Source: an uncultured delta proteobacterium | GTDB taxonomy: Bacteria; Myxococcota_A; UBA9160; UBA4427 | Assembly (NCBI GenBank): GCA_963822965.1 | Contig: CAWGJT010000009.1 | Coordinates: 1 to 64,000, forward strand | Direction: 5' to 3' | Length of the DNA stretch: 64,000 bases | Part shown: positions 10,315-20,776 of the stretch, piece by piece | How the letters are laid out: the number at the start of each line of letters is the position of its first letter | Numbering within the stretch: position 1 is the stretch's first letter | Translations under genes and position numbers: made by a program | The notes under the pieces: generated by a model | What the model saw: the letters and a program-made list of their open reading frames with translations, nothing else | The model's database searches: none | What the model was told of the DNA's origin: nothing

Positions 10315-11724
10315 TCAGGGCTCGGCGTACCCCAGGGCCCGCAGCCGCTCGACGAGCTCGGGATCCGGCGGCGGCAGGTCGACCATGGGTACGGCGTGCT
10401 TCGCGTAGTCCAGGATCGGAGGCGGCACGGGTCCGTGGCCGGGATCGACGAGGCTCCAGTCGTGCCCGGGCTTCCAGGCGAATCGGCGCCAGGGGCGCCG
10501 GCCCGGCGCGAGCCCTCCCGCCCAGGCGCCCTGCAGCCCGTAGACCTGAACGAAGCCGTCGTCGTCGTAGGCGGAGAGCTGCGAGCCGATGTCGCAGTAG
10601 ACCTCCCGCGCGGGCACCGCGGCCTCCCCCCGGACGACCGGCCCGAGGGCCACGCCCCGGGCGTCCTCCGGCACGGGCAACCCCGCGAGATCGAGCAGCG
10701 TCGGCAGGATGTCCACGTGGCTCACCACCTCGCTGCGGCGCCCCGGCGCGAGACCCGGCGCCCGCAGGATGAGCGGAACGTGTGCGACGTCCGGCGTGCT
10801 CGTGTACGAGTGGCCGAAGTAGTGGCCGTTCTCTCCGAAGCTCTCGCCGTGGTCGGCGGTGAGCAGCACGACGCCGCCGCGCTCGGCAGACACCCGGTCG
10901 AAGGCGGCGAGCAGCTCGCCGATGGAGTGGTCCGCGAAGAAGATCTCCCCCGCGTAGCGCCCCTGGTACTGACTCGGGAGGTCGAGACCCGGGAGGAGCT
11001 GGTAGGCGGGGATGCCGCCGCGAATCTGGTTGCCCTTGCCGTGGGGCAACGGCTTCTCCCCGGGCGCCGGGGGGATCTCGAAGCGCGCGGCGTCCTCCGG
11101 CGGAGGCGTGTACGGCCCGTGCGGGTCCTGGTAGTGCACCCACAGGAAGAGCGGCCGGTCGCGCGGCGTCTCGAGCCAGTGGATCGCGCGCCGCGTCGTG
11201 TCCGGGGCGAGCCGCTCGACCACGTAGGGACGGTTCAGCTCCGGCGTCTCGATGTCATCGTCGAACAGGTCGAAGCCTGCGCCGAGGCCGGTGCCGTGGG
11301 TGAGGAGGATGTTGCCGATGAAGCCCGCCGTGGCATAGCCGGCTCGACGGAAGTATTCCGCGAGGGTGGTGGCGTCGCGCAGGGTGCTCTTGCCGTTCTG
11401 GTGGCCGACGCTGTGCTCGCGCGTGTAGCGCGACGTCATGATCGAGGCGTGGGCGGGCACCGTGCGGCTGGCGGCCGAGATGGCGCGTTCGAAGAGGACG
11501 CCCTGGCGGGCCAGCGCGTCGATGTGCGGGCTGGTCTCCCAGGCATAGCCGTAGCTGCCGAGACGATCCGCCCGCAGCGTGTCCACGGTGACCAGCAGGA
11601 CGTCGGGCCGCGGGCCGGCATCCGGCCGGCAAGCCACCGGCAACACGCCCAGCGAGGCCGCAGCCAGGAGCACGACGAGTGACGCGGCAGATGCCGCCGA
11701 AGCTTCGGACCGGAAGGAGCGCAT
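10315..11724 (-). CDS. Sulfatase-like AlkP-superfamily lipoprotein (Thr at nucleophile position)
   Basis: LPVAC lipobox, DTLRADRLGSYGY, RTVPAHAS, HYQDPHGPY, TADHGE, C-terminal RLRALGYAEP; ATG at 11724 preferred over the longer ORF. Confidence 0.88.
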   Translation of the reverse strand: MRSFRSEASAASAASLVVLLAAASLGVLPVACRPDAGPRPDVLLVTVDTLRADRLGSYGYAWETSPHIDALARQGVLFERAISAASRTVPAHASIMTSRYTREHSVGHQNGKSTLRDATTLAEYFRRAGYATAGFIGNILLTHGTGLGAGFDLFDDDIETPELNRPYVVERLAPDTTRRAIHWLETPRDRPLFLWVHYQDPHGPYTPPPEDAARFEIPPAPGEKPLPHGKGNQIRGGIPAYQLLPGLDLPSQYQGRYAGEIFFADHSIGELLAAFDRVSAERGGVVLLTADHGESFGENGHYFGHSYTSTPDVAHVPLILRAPGLAPGRRSEVVSHVDILPTLLDLAGLPVPEDARGVALGPVVRGEAAVPAREVYCDIGSQLSAYDDDGFVQVYGLQGAWAGGLAPGRRPWRRFAWKPGHDWSLVDPGHGPVPPPILDYAKHAVPMVDLPPPDPELVERLRALGYAEP

Positions 11725-11887
11725 GGGTGCCTGGGGTCTCGGATCGAAGGGCGGGCAGGATACAGCGAACCCCGGGCTCGGGACACCAGCCGCCCTTCCT
11801 CTATAGTCTCGGCTCGCCGCGCAGCCGGCGACGCCCAAGCACGGGGAAGCGTTGGTCCAGGATCCCGCCCACACGGACGTCCCTCCC

Positions 11888-13420
11888 ATGGCGCTCGCAG
11901 ACACCCAGGTCGACCCGGCGGCCGTCGCGGCGCTGCGGCGGCGGCGCCAGGAGCTGGGCGACGCGGCGCCGCGCTTCGGACTCTTCCTGTTCCAGTGCAC
12001 GGAAGCGGACGGCATCCGCAAGACCCTCGAGCGCATCCCCGAAGCCGTGGACGAGTGGCTCGACGAGGTGGTGGTGATGCTCGACCGGCCCGCCCCCGGT
12101 CCCGGGCCCCTCGCCGACGGGCTGGTGGGCGGGCGGCGCCTCGAGCTGCGCTTCCACCGGCCGCCCCACGACGCGGGCTACGGCGCCGCCCGCAAGGCCG
12201 CGTTCGAGTACGCCTTCCTCAAGCACTTCGATCACGCCATCGTCATGCGGGGCGACGCCGTGCACGCCCCCGAGAAGCTGCCCGAGCTGATCGCGACGGC
12301 GCTCGAACGACCGCGGGAGCTGCTGCTCGCCACGAGGCGAGGCCTCTCACCGGACGCCGCCTCGGGCATCCACCGCCTCTCGACGCTGCTCCAGAACCGC
12401 ATCCTCGGCCTGCGCTTGGCCGACTACACGGCGGCCTTCCGCGTCTATCCCAGCGAGGCGCTCGAGCGCATCCCCTTCCAGCTCGACCACGACGACAGCC
12501 TCTTCGACGCCGAGATGCTGCTCCAGTTCCGCGCGTTGGGCGTCCCGATCCACGAGGTGCCGCTCCTCGACGGACGACCGGGAGACGGAACCGGCAGCGA
12601 CCACCTCGGGCACGCCGTGGGGGCCATCGGGGCCGCCGTCGCGTACCGACTGCACCAGTTCCACGCGACCCGCGACGGGCGCTTCCTCGTCGACCACGAC
12701 ATCCACTACACCCTCAAGCTCTCCGAGACGGGCTCGCACATGCAGATCGTCTCGGCCATCCGCGCCGGCAGCCGCGTGCTCGACCTCGGGTGCTCCCAGG
12801 GGCTGCTGGCGCGACCGCTGCTGGAGAAGAACGTGCGCGTGACGGGCGTGGACGTGGGTCCGGGCGAGCGCCTGGCCCGGGAGCTCGCCGAGTACCACCA
12901 ACGCGACCTCGAGCAGCCCCTGGACATCCCCTGCGAGCGCGAATTCGACTACGTGGTCTGCGCCGACGTGATCGAGCACCTCCGCAACCGCACCCAGCTC
13001 CTGCGCAGCGCCCGGCGCTATCTGAAGCCGGAAGGCCGTCTCGTCATCTCCACCCCCAACATCGCGCTCTGGTTCTACCGGCTCTCCCTGCTGGTGGGGC
13101 GCTTCGAGTACGGGCCCCGGGGCGTCCTCGACGAGACCCACGTGCATCTGTTCACGGGAGCCACGTTTCGCCGCGAGGTGGAGAAGGCCGGCTTCGAGAT
13201 CCTGCGCCGGCGGGTCACCGCCCTCCCCTTCGAGGTGGTCTTCGAGTCCACCGGGCGCAGCCGGCTCGTGCGGGGCCTGGCCTCGACGTACCACGCGCTG
13301 GCTCGCCTGTGGCCGTCGATGTTCGCCTACCAGTACGTGCTCGAGGCCGCGATCACCACCCTCGACGAGGAGTCGACCGCGCGAGCCGAGCGCGACGGCC
13401 AGGTCACGGACCCCGCGTGA
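11888..13420 (+). CDS. Bifunctional GT2-like (DPM-synthase-like, degenerate) / class I SAM methyltransferase
   Basis: N-terminal GYGAARK, DYTAAFRVY, FDAEMLLQ; C-terminal VLDLGCSQG, FDYVVCADVIEH, ISTPN, LDETHVHLFT. Confidence 0.8.
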   Translation: MALADTQVDPAAVAALRRRRQELGDAAPRFGLFLFQCTEADGIRKTLERIPEAVDEWLDEVVVMLDRPAPGPGPLADGLVGGRRLELRFHRPPHDAGYGAARKAAFEYAFLKHFDHAIVMRGDAVHAPEKLPELIATALERPRELLLATRRGLSPDAASGIHRLSTLLQNRILGLRLADYTAAFRVYPSEALERIPFQLDHDDSLFDAEMLLQFRALGVPIHEVPLLDGRPGDGTGSDHLGHAVGAIGAAVAYRLHQFHATRDGRFLVDHDIHYTLKLSETGSHMQIVSAIRAGSRVLDLGCSQGLLARPLLEKNVRVTGVDVGPGERLARELAEYHQRDLEQPLDIPCEREFDYVVCADVIEHLRNRTQLLRSARRYLKPEGRLVISTPNIALWFYRLSLLVGRFEYGPRGVLDETHVHLFTGATFRREVEKAGFEILRRRVTALPFEVVFESTGRSRLVRGLASTYHALARLWPSMFAYQYVLEAAITTLDEESTARAERDGQVTDPA

Positions 13421-16400
13421 AACGCACCCTCCAGGCAGTCACGCTCCTCGTGCTGGCGGCGGCGGCGCTCTACACCCTGGGCGAGATCTACACCTTCTCC
13501 CAGACCCGCTTCTTCACCATGGACGAGTACCAGTACGGCCATGCCACCTGGCGCGTGGCCCGGGGCGGCATCCCCTACGTCGACTTCTTCGAGCACCACT
13601 TCCCGCTGAGCTACGTGCTGAACGCGCCGTTCTTCCTGGCGCGGTGGGACTTCGTGACCGGCGCCCTGCTGCTGCGCAAGATCGTCTTCGGCTACTGGGT
13701 GCTGCTCTCGCTGCTGGCCGGGGGGTGCTGCCTCGCGATCACGCGCGACCGGATGGCCGCGGTGCTCGTGACCTTCCTGCCCCTCTCCTTCGGCTTCGGA
13801 CTGATGTCGGCCGTCGACTACCGCGCGGACAACTTCGGGGCCATCTACTTCTGCGCCTGCCTGCTGCTGCTCGAGTGGAACCGCCACAAGCGGAGCCGGT
13901 CGCTCGCCGTCGTCTGCGGCGCGCTCGCCACCCTGGCGGCCGGCATGACCCAGAAGGTGACCTTCGTCGCGGGTCTGACCCTGGCGGGGATGTGGCTGTG
14001 CGACCTCGTGGCCCGCACCCCCGCCGTGGCGCGCCGCGTCGGGGGCGAGCGCCTTCCCTTCATCGCCCATCCGGGGGTCTTCTTCGGCAGCGCGACGGGG
14101 CTGGGCGTCGCCGCGCTGGCGGTGGCGGGTGCCTTCGGGATGCTGCCTCGAGGCTTCGAGATCACCATCCTGGAGGCCGCGCAGCACGAGATCTACTACA
14201 AGCCCTTCTCGCTCTTCGACAAGGGCTACGTAGCGCCCTTCTGGGACCAGACCTGGCCCTCGACCCTCGCCGCGATCGTGTTCGCCGCGGGCTTCCTCGC
14301 GACGCGCGCCGGACGCTTCTGGATCCTGCCCATCGTCGTCTCGATCGTCGGAGGCTCGCTGATCGTCGCGCCCTACCCCTACAACTTCGTGCTGCTGTGC
14401 TGGCTGGGGGCGTTCGCGGCGGTGCGCGGCTTCTCGGCACTCGTCGCCGCGCTCTCCCGGCGCTGGCCCGCCCTCGACGAGGCGGCGCCGCTGCTCTACC
14501 TGCTGCCGCTGGCGGCGGTGGCGAGCCAGGTGGGCTTCGTGGCGGGCACCATGAGCAACGAGCATCAGCTCGCGGTCCTCCACAAGATCGAAGAGTACGG
14601 CGGGCCCGACGACGCCGTGATCGACGACGCGGGTGGGGCCATGTTCAGCCCGGACGCCAGCTACTACTGGTATCACGGCAAGGCGCACCGGCGGATGTTC
14701 CGGGACTACTTCCGCAACCAGCTCCTCGCGGACTACCGCAAGAGCCAGGCGCTCTTCTGGATCTGGGACATGCGCATCCGCGACCTTCCCAAGAAGGTGC
14801 GCGACTACCTCCACCAGCACTACATCCACGGCGGCGACGGGCTCTACGTGCTGGGTATCCGCACGCCCGAGACCGGCCGCCAGCTCACAGACCGTCGCCT
14901 TCGAGGTCATCCGGCCCGGGCTCTACTACTTCCACCGCGTGGGCACGCCCGGCGGCGGCCCGCGCGGCGCGCGAAGCACCGACCTGGTGGTGGACGGCAA
15001 GCCGCTGCTGAAGCCACGCCTCCATCTGGACGTGGGCGTGCACCGGATCGGGATCGCCCCGCGCTCGCCCGAGTACGTCGTCACGCTCGTCCCGGCCTCG
15101 TTCTTCGACCCGAACGCGGGACCGCCCCGCTATTCCATGCTCTTCCAGTATCGCGAGCACACGGGTCGCGATCCGCGGCGGACGTTCTTCTCCCTCGCCG
15201 AGGAGCTTCCCGTCGCTCGCAACACCTCCATCGATCTCGACGACGAGCAGGCTCTCGCCCGCGCCGGCCCGGACGACACCATCGAGCAGCTTCCGGGAAG
15301 CGTGCTCCGCTACTACTTCCGCCTGCCGCGGGAGGCACGGCTGCGCGGCAAGCTGCACCTCGTGGGCCCGATCGACCCGGACTTCGTCCGGAGCGGTCGG
15401 ATCGTGGTCAAGATCCGCAGCGACGAGTTCGAGGACACGCTGACGAGCGAGCGCCCCTCGGAGCCCCTGAAGAACCCGGGCCTCGAGATCGACGCGAACC
15501 TCGACGCCTACGCGGGCCAGATGGTCGAGATCAGCATCGCCTTCGGCCGGCCCGAAGCGGCGGACGCAGAGGAAGGTCATCGGCTCGTGTGGTCGGGGCT
15601 TCGCATCGACGGCCTGCCGCTGGACGACGACGCTTCGGCCGAAGAGGGGGCGGAGACGGACGCGCCGCCCGACGAAGCCACGAACGCGGACACCCCGATC
15701 GAGATCGAGCGGGCCCGGCGCAACGTCCTGCTCGTGCTCTTCGACACCCTGCGCGCGGATCGCACGCAGCCCTACGGATCGAAGGGGGTCGCGACGCCCG
15801 CGCTGGCGCGGCTCGCGGAACGCGGCACCACCTTCGTGTCCACCCACGCCAACGCCTCGTGGACGGCGCCCTCGGTGGCTTCGATGCTGAGCGGCGTCTA
15901 TCCGACGGTGCACCAGATCAGCGGGACGGGCTGGATGGAGACCGAGGAGGCGAAGGTCACGACACTGCACCGCGACCTGCCCTACCTGCCCGAGGTGCTC
16001 CACGACGCCGGCTATGCGACCGAGGCGATCGTCAAGAACCCGTTCTTCCATCCCGCCTTCGGCTACGGTCGGGGCTTCGAGGCGATGCACGCCCTCTACG
16101 CGCAGCGGCGCGCGATCCGCGAGAAGTATCCGAGCCCCGAGGCTCAGGCGGACGCGGTCTGGAAGGAGCTCATCGCACCGGTGGTCGCGGACGCAGTCGC
16201 GGCCCTTCTTCCTCTACCTCCACGAGCTCGATCCCCACCACCCCTACGAGCCGCTTCCGCCCTACGACTCGCTCTACGCCGCCGCGTGGGACGGCGACAA
16301 GGAGCTTCTGCGGCAGCCACGACTTCGCCGCGCTCTACCGGCACGACGCCGAGCCTGCTGGACGCCGCGGGCAGCGCATACCTCAACTCCCAGTACGACG

Positions 16401-17063
16401 GCGAGGTGTCGTTCATGGATGCCTATCTGGGGCGTCTGCTCGAGCACCTGGACGCCTCGGGCCGGGCGAGCGAACACCCTCGTCGTGTTCGTGTCGGACC
16501 ATGGCGAGTCGCTCACCGAGCACCAGATCGTGGGACACGGCGTCGAGCTGTACGAGGAGATCCTGCGGGTTCCGATGATCCTCTCGCTTCCCGGGGTGAT
16601 CCCGGAGGGCCGGCGGGTGAAATCGGCGGTGGAGCTCGTGGACCTTCCGCGCACCCTCCTCGATCTGCTCGGCATCGAGGCGCCCGACACGATGCAGGGC
16701 CGCAGCCTGGTGCCGCTGATCGCGGGCGCGCACGACGTCGTTCCGCGGCCCACCTACGCACAGGCCCACTTCGCGAACCGCTACTCCTACGACGCGGTGA
16801 TCCTCGGCCGCTGGAAGCTGATCCGCCGCAATCCCGTGAACGAGGACGGCTTCGCCGCCTTCGAGCTCTACGACCTGCAGACCGACGCCGGCGAGCGCGA
16901 CGACCGTTTCGACGACGAGCCCATCGTGGGCGGCACGCTGCGGCAGATGCTCGCGTTCCAGGAGCGGGAGGACGAGAAGCGACGCGTCGCCCACGAGCCC
17001 GACCTGCAGGTGCTCGACCCCGAGCTGCGCAAGAACCTCGAGGCGCTCGGCTACCTGGACTGA
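13417..17063 (+). CDS. Fusion of GT-C-type membrane domain, soluble linker domains and sulfatase-like domain; frameshifted near 14890 and 16190-16475
   Basis: GTGA overlap; FTMDEYQY..PYVDFFEHHFP, YRADN and many TMs; no stop in the frame from TVAFEVIRPG to DTLRAD and WTAPSV; then SDHGE and NLEALGYLD. Confidence 0.75.
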
Positions 17064-17078
17064 TCCCGGGGGAGCCCG

Positions 17079-19265
17079 TCAATCGAGATAGCCGAGGGCG
17101 CGCAGCTTCTCCTGCAGGTCGGGGTCGACCGCGTCCGGCGCCGCGGCGTCCTCCGCTCCCAGGCGATCGTGCAGGCCCTTCGTGGCCATGTCGTAGCGGC
17201 GCAGGAGCCTGATCAGGTCGTCCGCCGCGGCCGGGTCCCTTGCGAACAGGTCCTCGGTCTCCAGGGGATCGCGGGCGAGGTCGTAGAGCTCGTAGCGGAA
17301 GGCGTCGTCGCCGCCCTTGCCGGTCCTCGCCCGCACGAGCTTGCGGTCTCCCAGCTGCAGGGCCAGGGTGGGTTGCGGAACGAGATCGAAGCCGTGGGCG
17401 CGATAGGCGCGCTCCGCCCAGGCTTCGCTGTAGATCGGCCGGGGCTCGGGAGGCGGCTCCGGCTCGCCCCGGACGAGCGCCGCCTGGCTGCGCCCCATCT
17501 CCGCGCCCGTCGGCGCCACCCCCAGCAGGCCGAGCAGCGTCGGCATCAGGTCCACCATCGGCACCGGGTTGGCGAGACGGCGACCGGCGGGCACGTCCGG
17601 CCCGACCACGACGAGGGGAACGTCGACGACCTCGCGGTGGACGTTCGCGCCGTGCGCCACGAAGCCGTGCTCGAGAAAGGCCTCGCCGTGGTCGGAGGTC
17701 ACCACGAGGTAGGCGTTCTCGAGCACGCCGAGGTCCTTCAGCCGAGTCCACGAGCGCCCGCACCTGGTCGTCCGTGTAGCGGATCTCGCGGTCGTAGAGC
17801 CGCGGGTCCCAGTCCGAGCGCAGCTCCGGGCGGCGGAGCCAGGGGACCGGGATCGCCGGTGAAGAAGCGGTCGTAGGCGGCGGGCGGCGTGAACGGGTTG
17901 TGGACCTGGTAGGTGTGCAGGAAGAGGAAGAAGCGTCGATCCCGATGGGACGCCAGCCAGTCGAGGCCGGTCGCGAAGGTCTTCTCGACGTGTCCGGTGC
18001 GCAGGTCGGCGCTGGTCGGCGTCCCGGTTCTCGACGTAGAAGCCGAAGCCGCGGCCGAAGCCCCGGGAGCGGTCGATGGCCCCGTCCTCGGTGACCGCGG
18101 CGGTCGCGAATCCAGCGCCGCGCAGCAGCTCGGCCAGGGTCGTGGCCGAGACCGGCAACGTGCGCACGCCGGTGTTCTCCGTGGCGCCGTGCACCGACGG
18201 CTGCAGCGACGTGAACATCGTCATGTGCGAGGGACGCGTGCTCGAGGCGGCGGCCACGTAGTGCTCGAAGAGCACCCCTTCGGCCGCGAGCGCGTCGACG
18301 AAGGGCGTGGTGTCCCGCGCGTACCCGTAGCTGCCCAGGTGATCCGCGCGCAGCGTGTCGATGGAGACGAGCACGAGGCTGCGCTCGTCCTTCCCGCGCG
18401 GCCCGGGCGCGAGCAGCACGGGATCGGCGAAGACCGGAAGGCTGCGCGCGTCGGCGCCGCCCGCCGGCGCGGCGGAGAAGCGCAGCCGGATCTTCCGGCC
18501 GGCGCGCTCCTGCAGGCCCAGGGACCGCTCGAGGAAGCCGCGCCCGGCCGGCTCGGACGGGTCGACGCGCGAGCGGAAGAGGGGCTCGCAGGCGCCGTCG
18601 GCCTCCGGCGCCCGGTACGTCGAACAGGCGTCGAGGGCGAAGTCGACGGGGCCGGACGCCCAGGCGGGCTCGAGCACCGCCACCGCGAAGTCGAGACGCG
18701 CGCGCGGGGGCACCGTGAAGGCGGCGCTCTCCTCACGGGTCTCTTCGCGCGCGAGCGGCGCCAACGCCTGCACCCAGACGCCCGCGCGACGGCCGGCGGC
18801 CTCGGGCAGCTCGAAGCGAACCTCCACCCGCAGCTTGCCGTTCTCGAGCCGCGACGGGACGCGGCGCCCGGGCAGGGCGATCCAGCGGTCTCCGGGCTTC
18901 ACCCGGATGGAGAGAAAGACCGAATCGCCCTGCACGCTCTCGGGCAGCGGCGGGTTCATGCGCACGACGCCGTCCTCGGGAACCCGGTACTCCGGCGCGT
19001 AGTTCAAGGTGACGGCCGGAGCGCCGCGCAGCACGGGCCGGCTCTCGCTGCCGACGGTCGCCGTGGGCGGCAGCCGGGTGGCGGTGCGCGCCGGCACGAA
19101 GCGCTCCACGGTCTGCCAGATCTCGCCCGCTGCGAGCGCGACCGGGGGCGTGCCCGACGTCTCCGTCGGGGTGGCCGACTCGGGCCCGGTCTCGGAGCAG
19201 GACGCGACCACCCCGATGCAGGAGGCCACGAGGAGCAGACGCACGCGGGGACGGCACCGGGTCAC
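17079..19265 (-). CDS. Sulfatase-like lipoprotein with long N-terminal soluble domains; compensating frameshifts around 17750-18000
   Basis: VVASC lipobox, DTLRADHLGSYGY, STRPSH, TSDHGE, C-terminal KLRALGYLD. Confidence 0.85.
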   Translation of the reverse strand: MTRCRPRVRLLLVASCIGVVASCSETGPESATPTETSGTPPVALAAGEIWQTVERFVPARTATRLPPTATVGSESRPVLRGAPAVTLNYAPEYRVPEDGVVRMNPPLPESVQGDSVFLSIRVKPGDRWIALPGRRVPSRLENGKLRVEVRFELPEAAGRRAGVWVQALAPLAREETREESAAFTVPPRARLDFAVAVLEPAWASGPVDFALDACSTYRAPEADGACEPLFRSRVDPSEPAGRGFLERSLGLQERAGRKIRLRFSAAPAGGADARSLPVFADPVLLAPGPRGKDERSLVLVSIDTLRADHLGSYGYARDTTPFVDALAAEGVLFEHYVAAASSTRPSHMTMFTSLQPSVHGATENTGVRTLPVSATTLAELLRGAGFATAAVTEDGAIDRSRGFGRGFGFYVENRDADQRRPAHRTRREDLRDRPRLAGVPSGSTLLPLPAHLPGPQPVHAARRLRPLLHRRSRSPGSAARSCARTGTRGSTTARSATRTTRCGRSWTRLKDLGVLENAYLVVTSDHGEAFLEHGFVAHGANVHREVVDVPLVVVGPDVPAGRRLANPVPMVDLMPTLLGLLGVAPTGAEMGRSQAALVRGEPEPPPEPRPIYSEAWAERAYRAHGFDLVPQPTLALQLGDRKLVRARTGKGGDDAFRYELYDLARDPLETEDLFARDPAAADDLIRLLRRYDMATKGLHDRLGAEDAAAPDAVDPDLQEKLRALGYLD

Positions 19266-19340
19266 GCGCCGATGCTATCCCAACCAGGCATCCGGCGACG
19301 GGCGAGGACCCTGCGCGCGAAGCGAGCTAGCCTGCGGCGC

Positions 19341-20702
19341 GTGCAGAGGGCAGACGATCGATGGCCCCGCTTCCGCGTCTCCGGATCGCTCCCCGGTCTC
19401 GCCGCGCTCGTGGCCGGGCTCGCGTGCGCGGTGCTCGCCTGCTCGGGTCGGGCGGCCGGTCCGCGCCCGAACATCCTGCTGGTGGTCGTGGATACCCTGC
19501 GCGCCGACCATCTCGGCTGCTACGGCTATCCCCGCGACACGACGCCCCACCTGGACGCCCTGGCGCGGGACGCCATCCGCTACACGCATGCGTTCAGCCA
19601 GGCGCCCTGGACCACCCCGTCCGTGGCCGCGCTCATGACCTCGCACTACCCCGGCAGCCTCGGCATCCGCAACGTTCAGTCGCCCGTGCCCGAGGACGTG
19701 GTGCTGCTGCCCGAGCTGCTGCAGCAGGCGGGCTACCGGACCGGCGCGTTCGTGAGCCACTCCTTCGTCTCCCAGAAGTGGGGCTTCGGCCGGGGCTTCG
19801 GCGTCTTCGACGAGAGCAACATCAAGGGCCACATGGCGACGACCTCGCCCGCGGTCACCGACCTGGCGATCTCCTGGCTCGACGGGGCGGCGGACTCCGA
19901 CGCGCCCTTCTTCCTCTTCGTGCACTACTTCGACCCCCACTTCGGCTACATCGAGCATCCGGACTTCGCGTTCGGCGGGCGCGACCCGTCCTACCGGGGC
20001 AGGGTCCACTCGGGGGTGCAGCCGGGGCGCTTCGCGGGCAACCCCGAGAGCCTCGACGAGGGCGACCTGCGGGAGCTGGAGCGGCTCTACGACTCGGAGA
20101 TCGGCCTCACCGACGCGTCCATCGGGCGCCTGCTGGACGCCCTGCGCGAGCGCGGGCTCTACGACGACGCCGTCGTGATCGTGTCGGGCGACCACGGTGA
20201 GGAGTTCCTCGACCACGGCGCCCTGGACCACGCCAAGACCCTCTACGACGAGCTGATGAACGTGCCGCTGCTGGTGAAGCTGCCGGGCCGCGCCGCGGCG
20301 GTGGTCGATCGCCCGGTCGCCCTGATCGACGTGCTTCCCACGCTCGTGGCGTGGCTCGGCCTGGAGCCGCCGCCGGGCGTGCGCGGCGTGAGCCTGCTGG
20401 CCGACGGGGCGGACCCCGCCCGCCCGATCTTCTTCGAGACCCAGCGGCTGCGCGACCTGCGGGGCGTCGTGGTCGGCGACCAGAAGCTCATTCTCGATCT
20501 CGAGACCGGAAAGACCCTCCTCTTCGATCTCGCCGCCGACCCCCGCGAGCAGCGAGACCTGAGCGACGAGCGGCCCGACGAGGTGCTGGCCCTGAAGCAG
20601 CTGGTGGAGGCCTGGGGCGCCCAGGACAACGGCGCGGACGGGACGCACGTCGAGCTCAGCGACGAGGAGCGAGAGCGGCTGAAGGCACTGGGCTACCTGT
20701 GA
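19341..20702 (+). CDS. Sulfatase-like AlkP-superfamily lipoprotein (Thr at nucleophile position); start approximate
   Basis: AVLAC lipobox, RPNILLVVVDTLRADH, WTTPSV, HYFDPH, GDHGE, C-terminal RLKALGYL. Confidence 0.88.
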   Translation: MQRADDRWPRFRVSGSLPGLAALVAGLACAVLACSGRAAGPRPNILLVVVDTLRADHLGCYGYPRDTTPHLDALARDAIRYTHAFSQAPWTTPSVAALMTSHYPGSLGIRNVQSPVPEDVVLLPELLQQAGYRTGAFVSHSFVSQKWGFGRGFGVFDESNIKGHMATTSPAVTDLAISWLDGAADSDAPFFLFVHYFDPHFGYIEHPDFAFGGRDPSYRGRVHSGVQPGRFAGNPESLDEGDLRELERLYDSEIGLTDASIGRLLDALRERGLYDDAVVIVSGDHGEEFLDHGALDHAKTLYDELMNVPLLVKLPGRAAAVVDRPVALIDVLPTLVAWLGLEPPPGVRGVSLLADGADPARPIFFETQRLRDLRGVVVGDQKLILDLETGKTLLFDLAADPREQRDLSDERPDEVLALKQLVEAWGAQDNGADGTHVELSDEERERLKALGYL

Positions 20703-20776
20703 CGAGCGGCTGCGGGACGGGCACTCGTCGACGGACGCCGCCGGGCCGATGAGCCCTCCATGGCGACGGACCCTCC

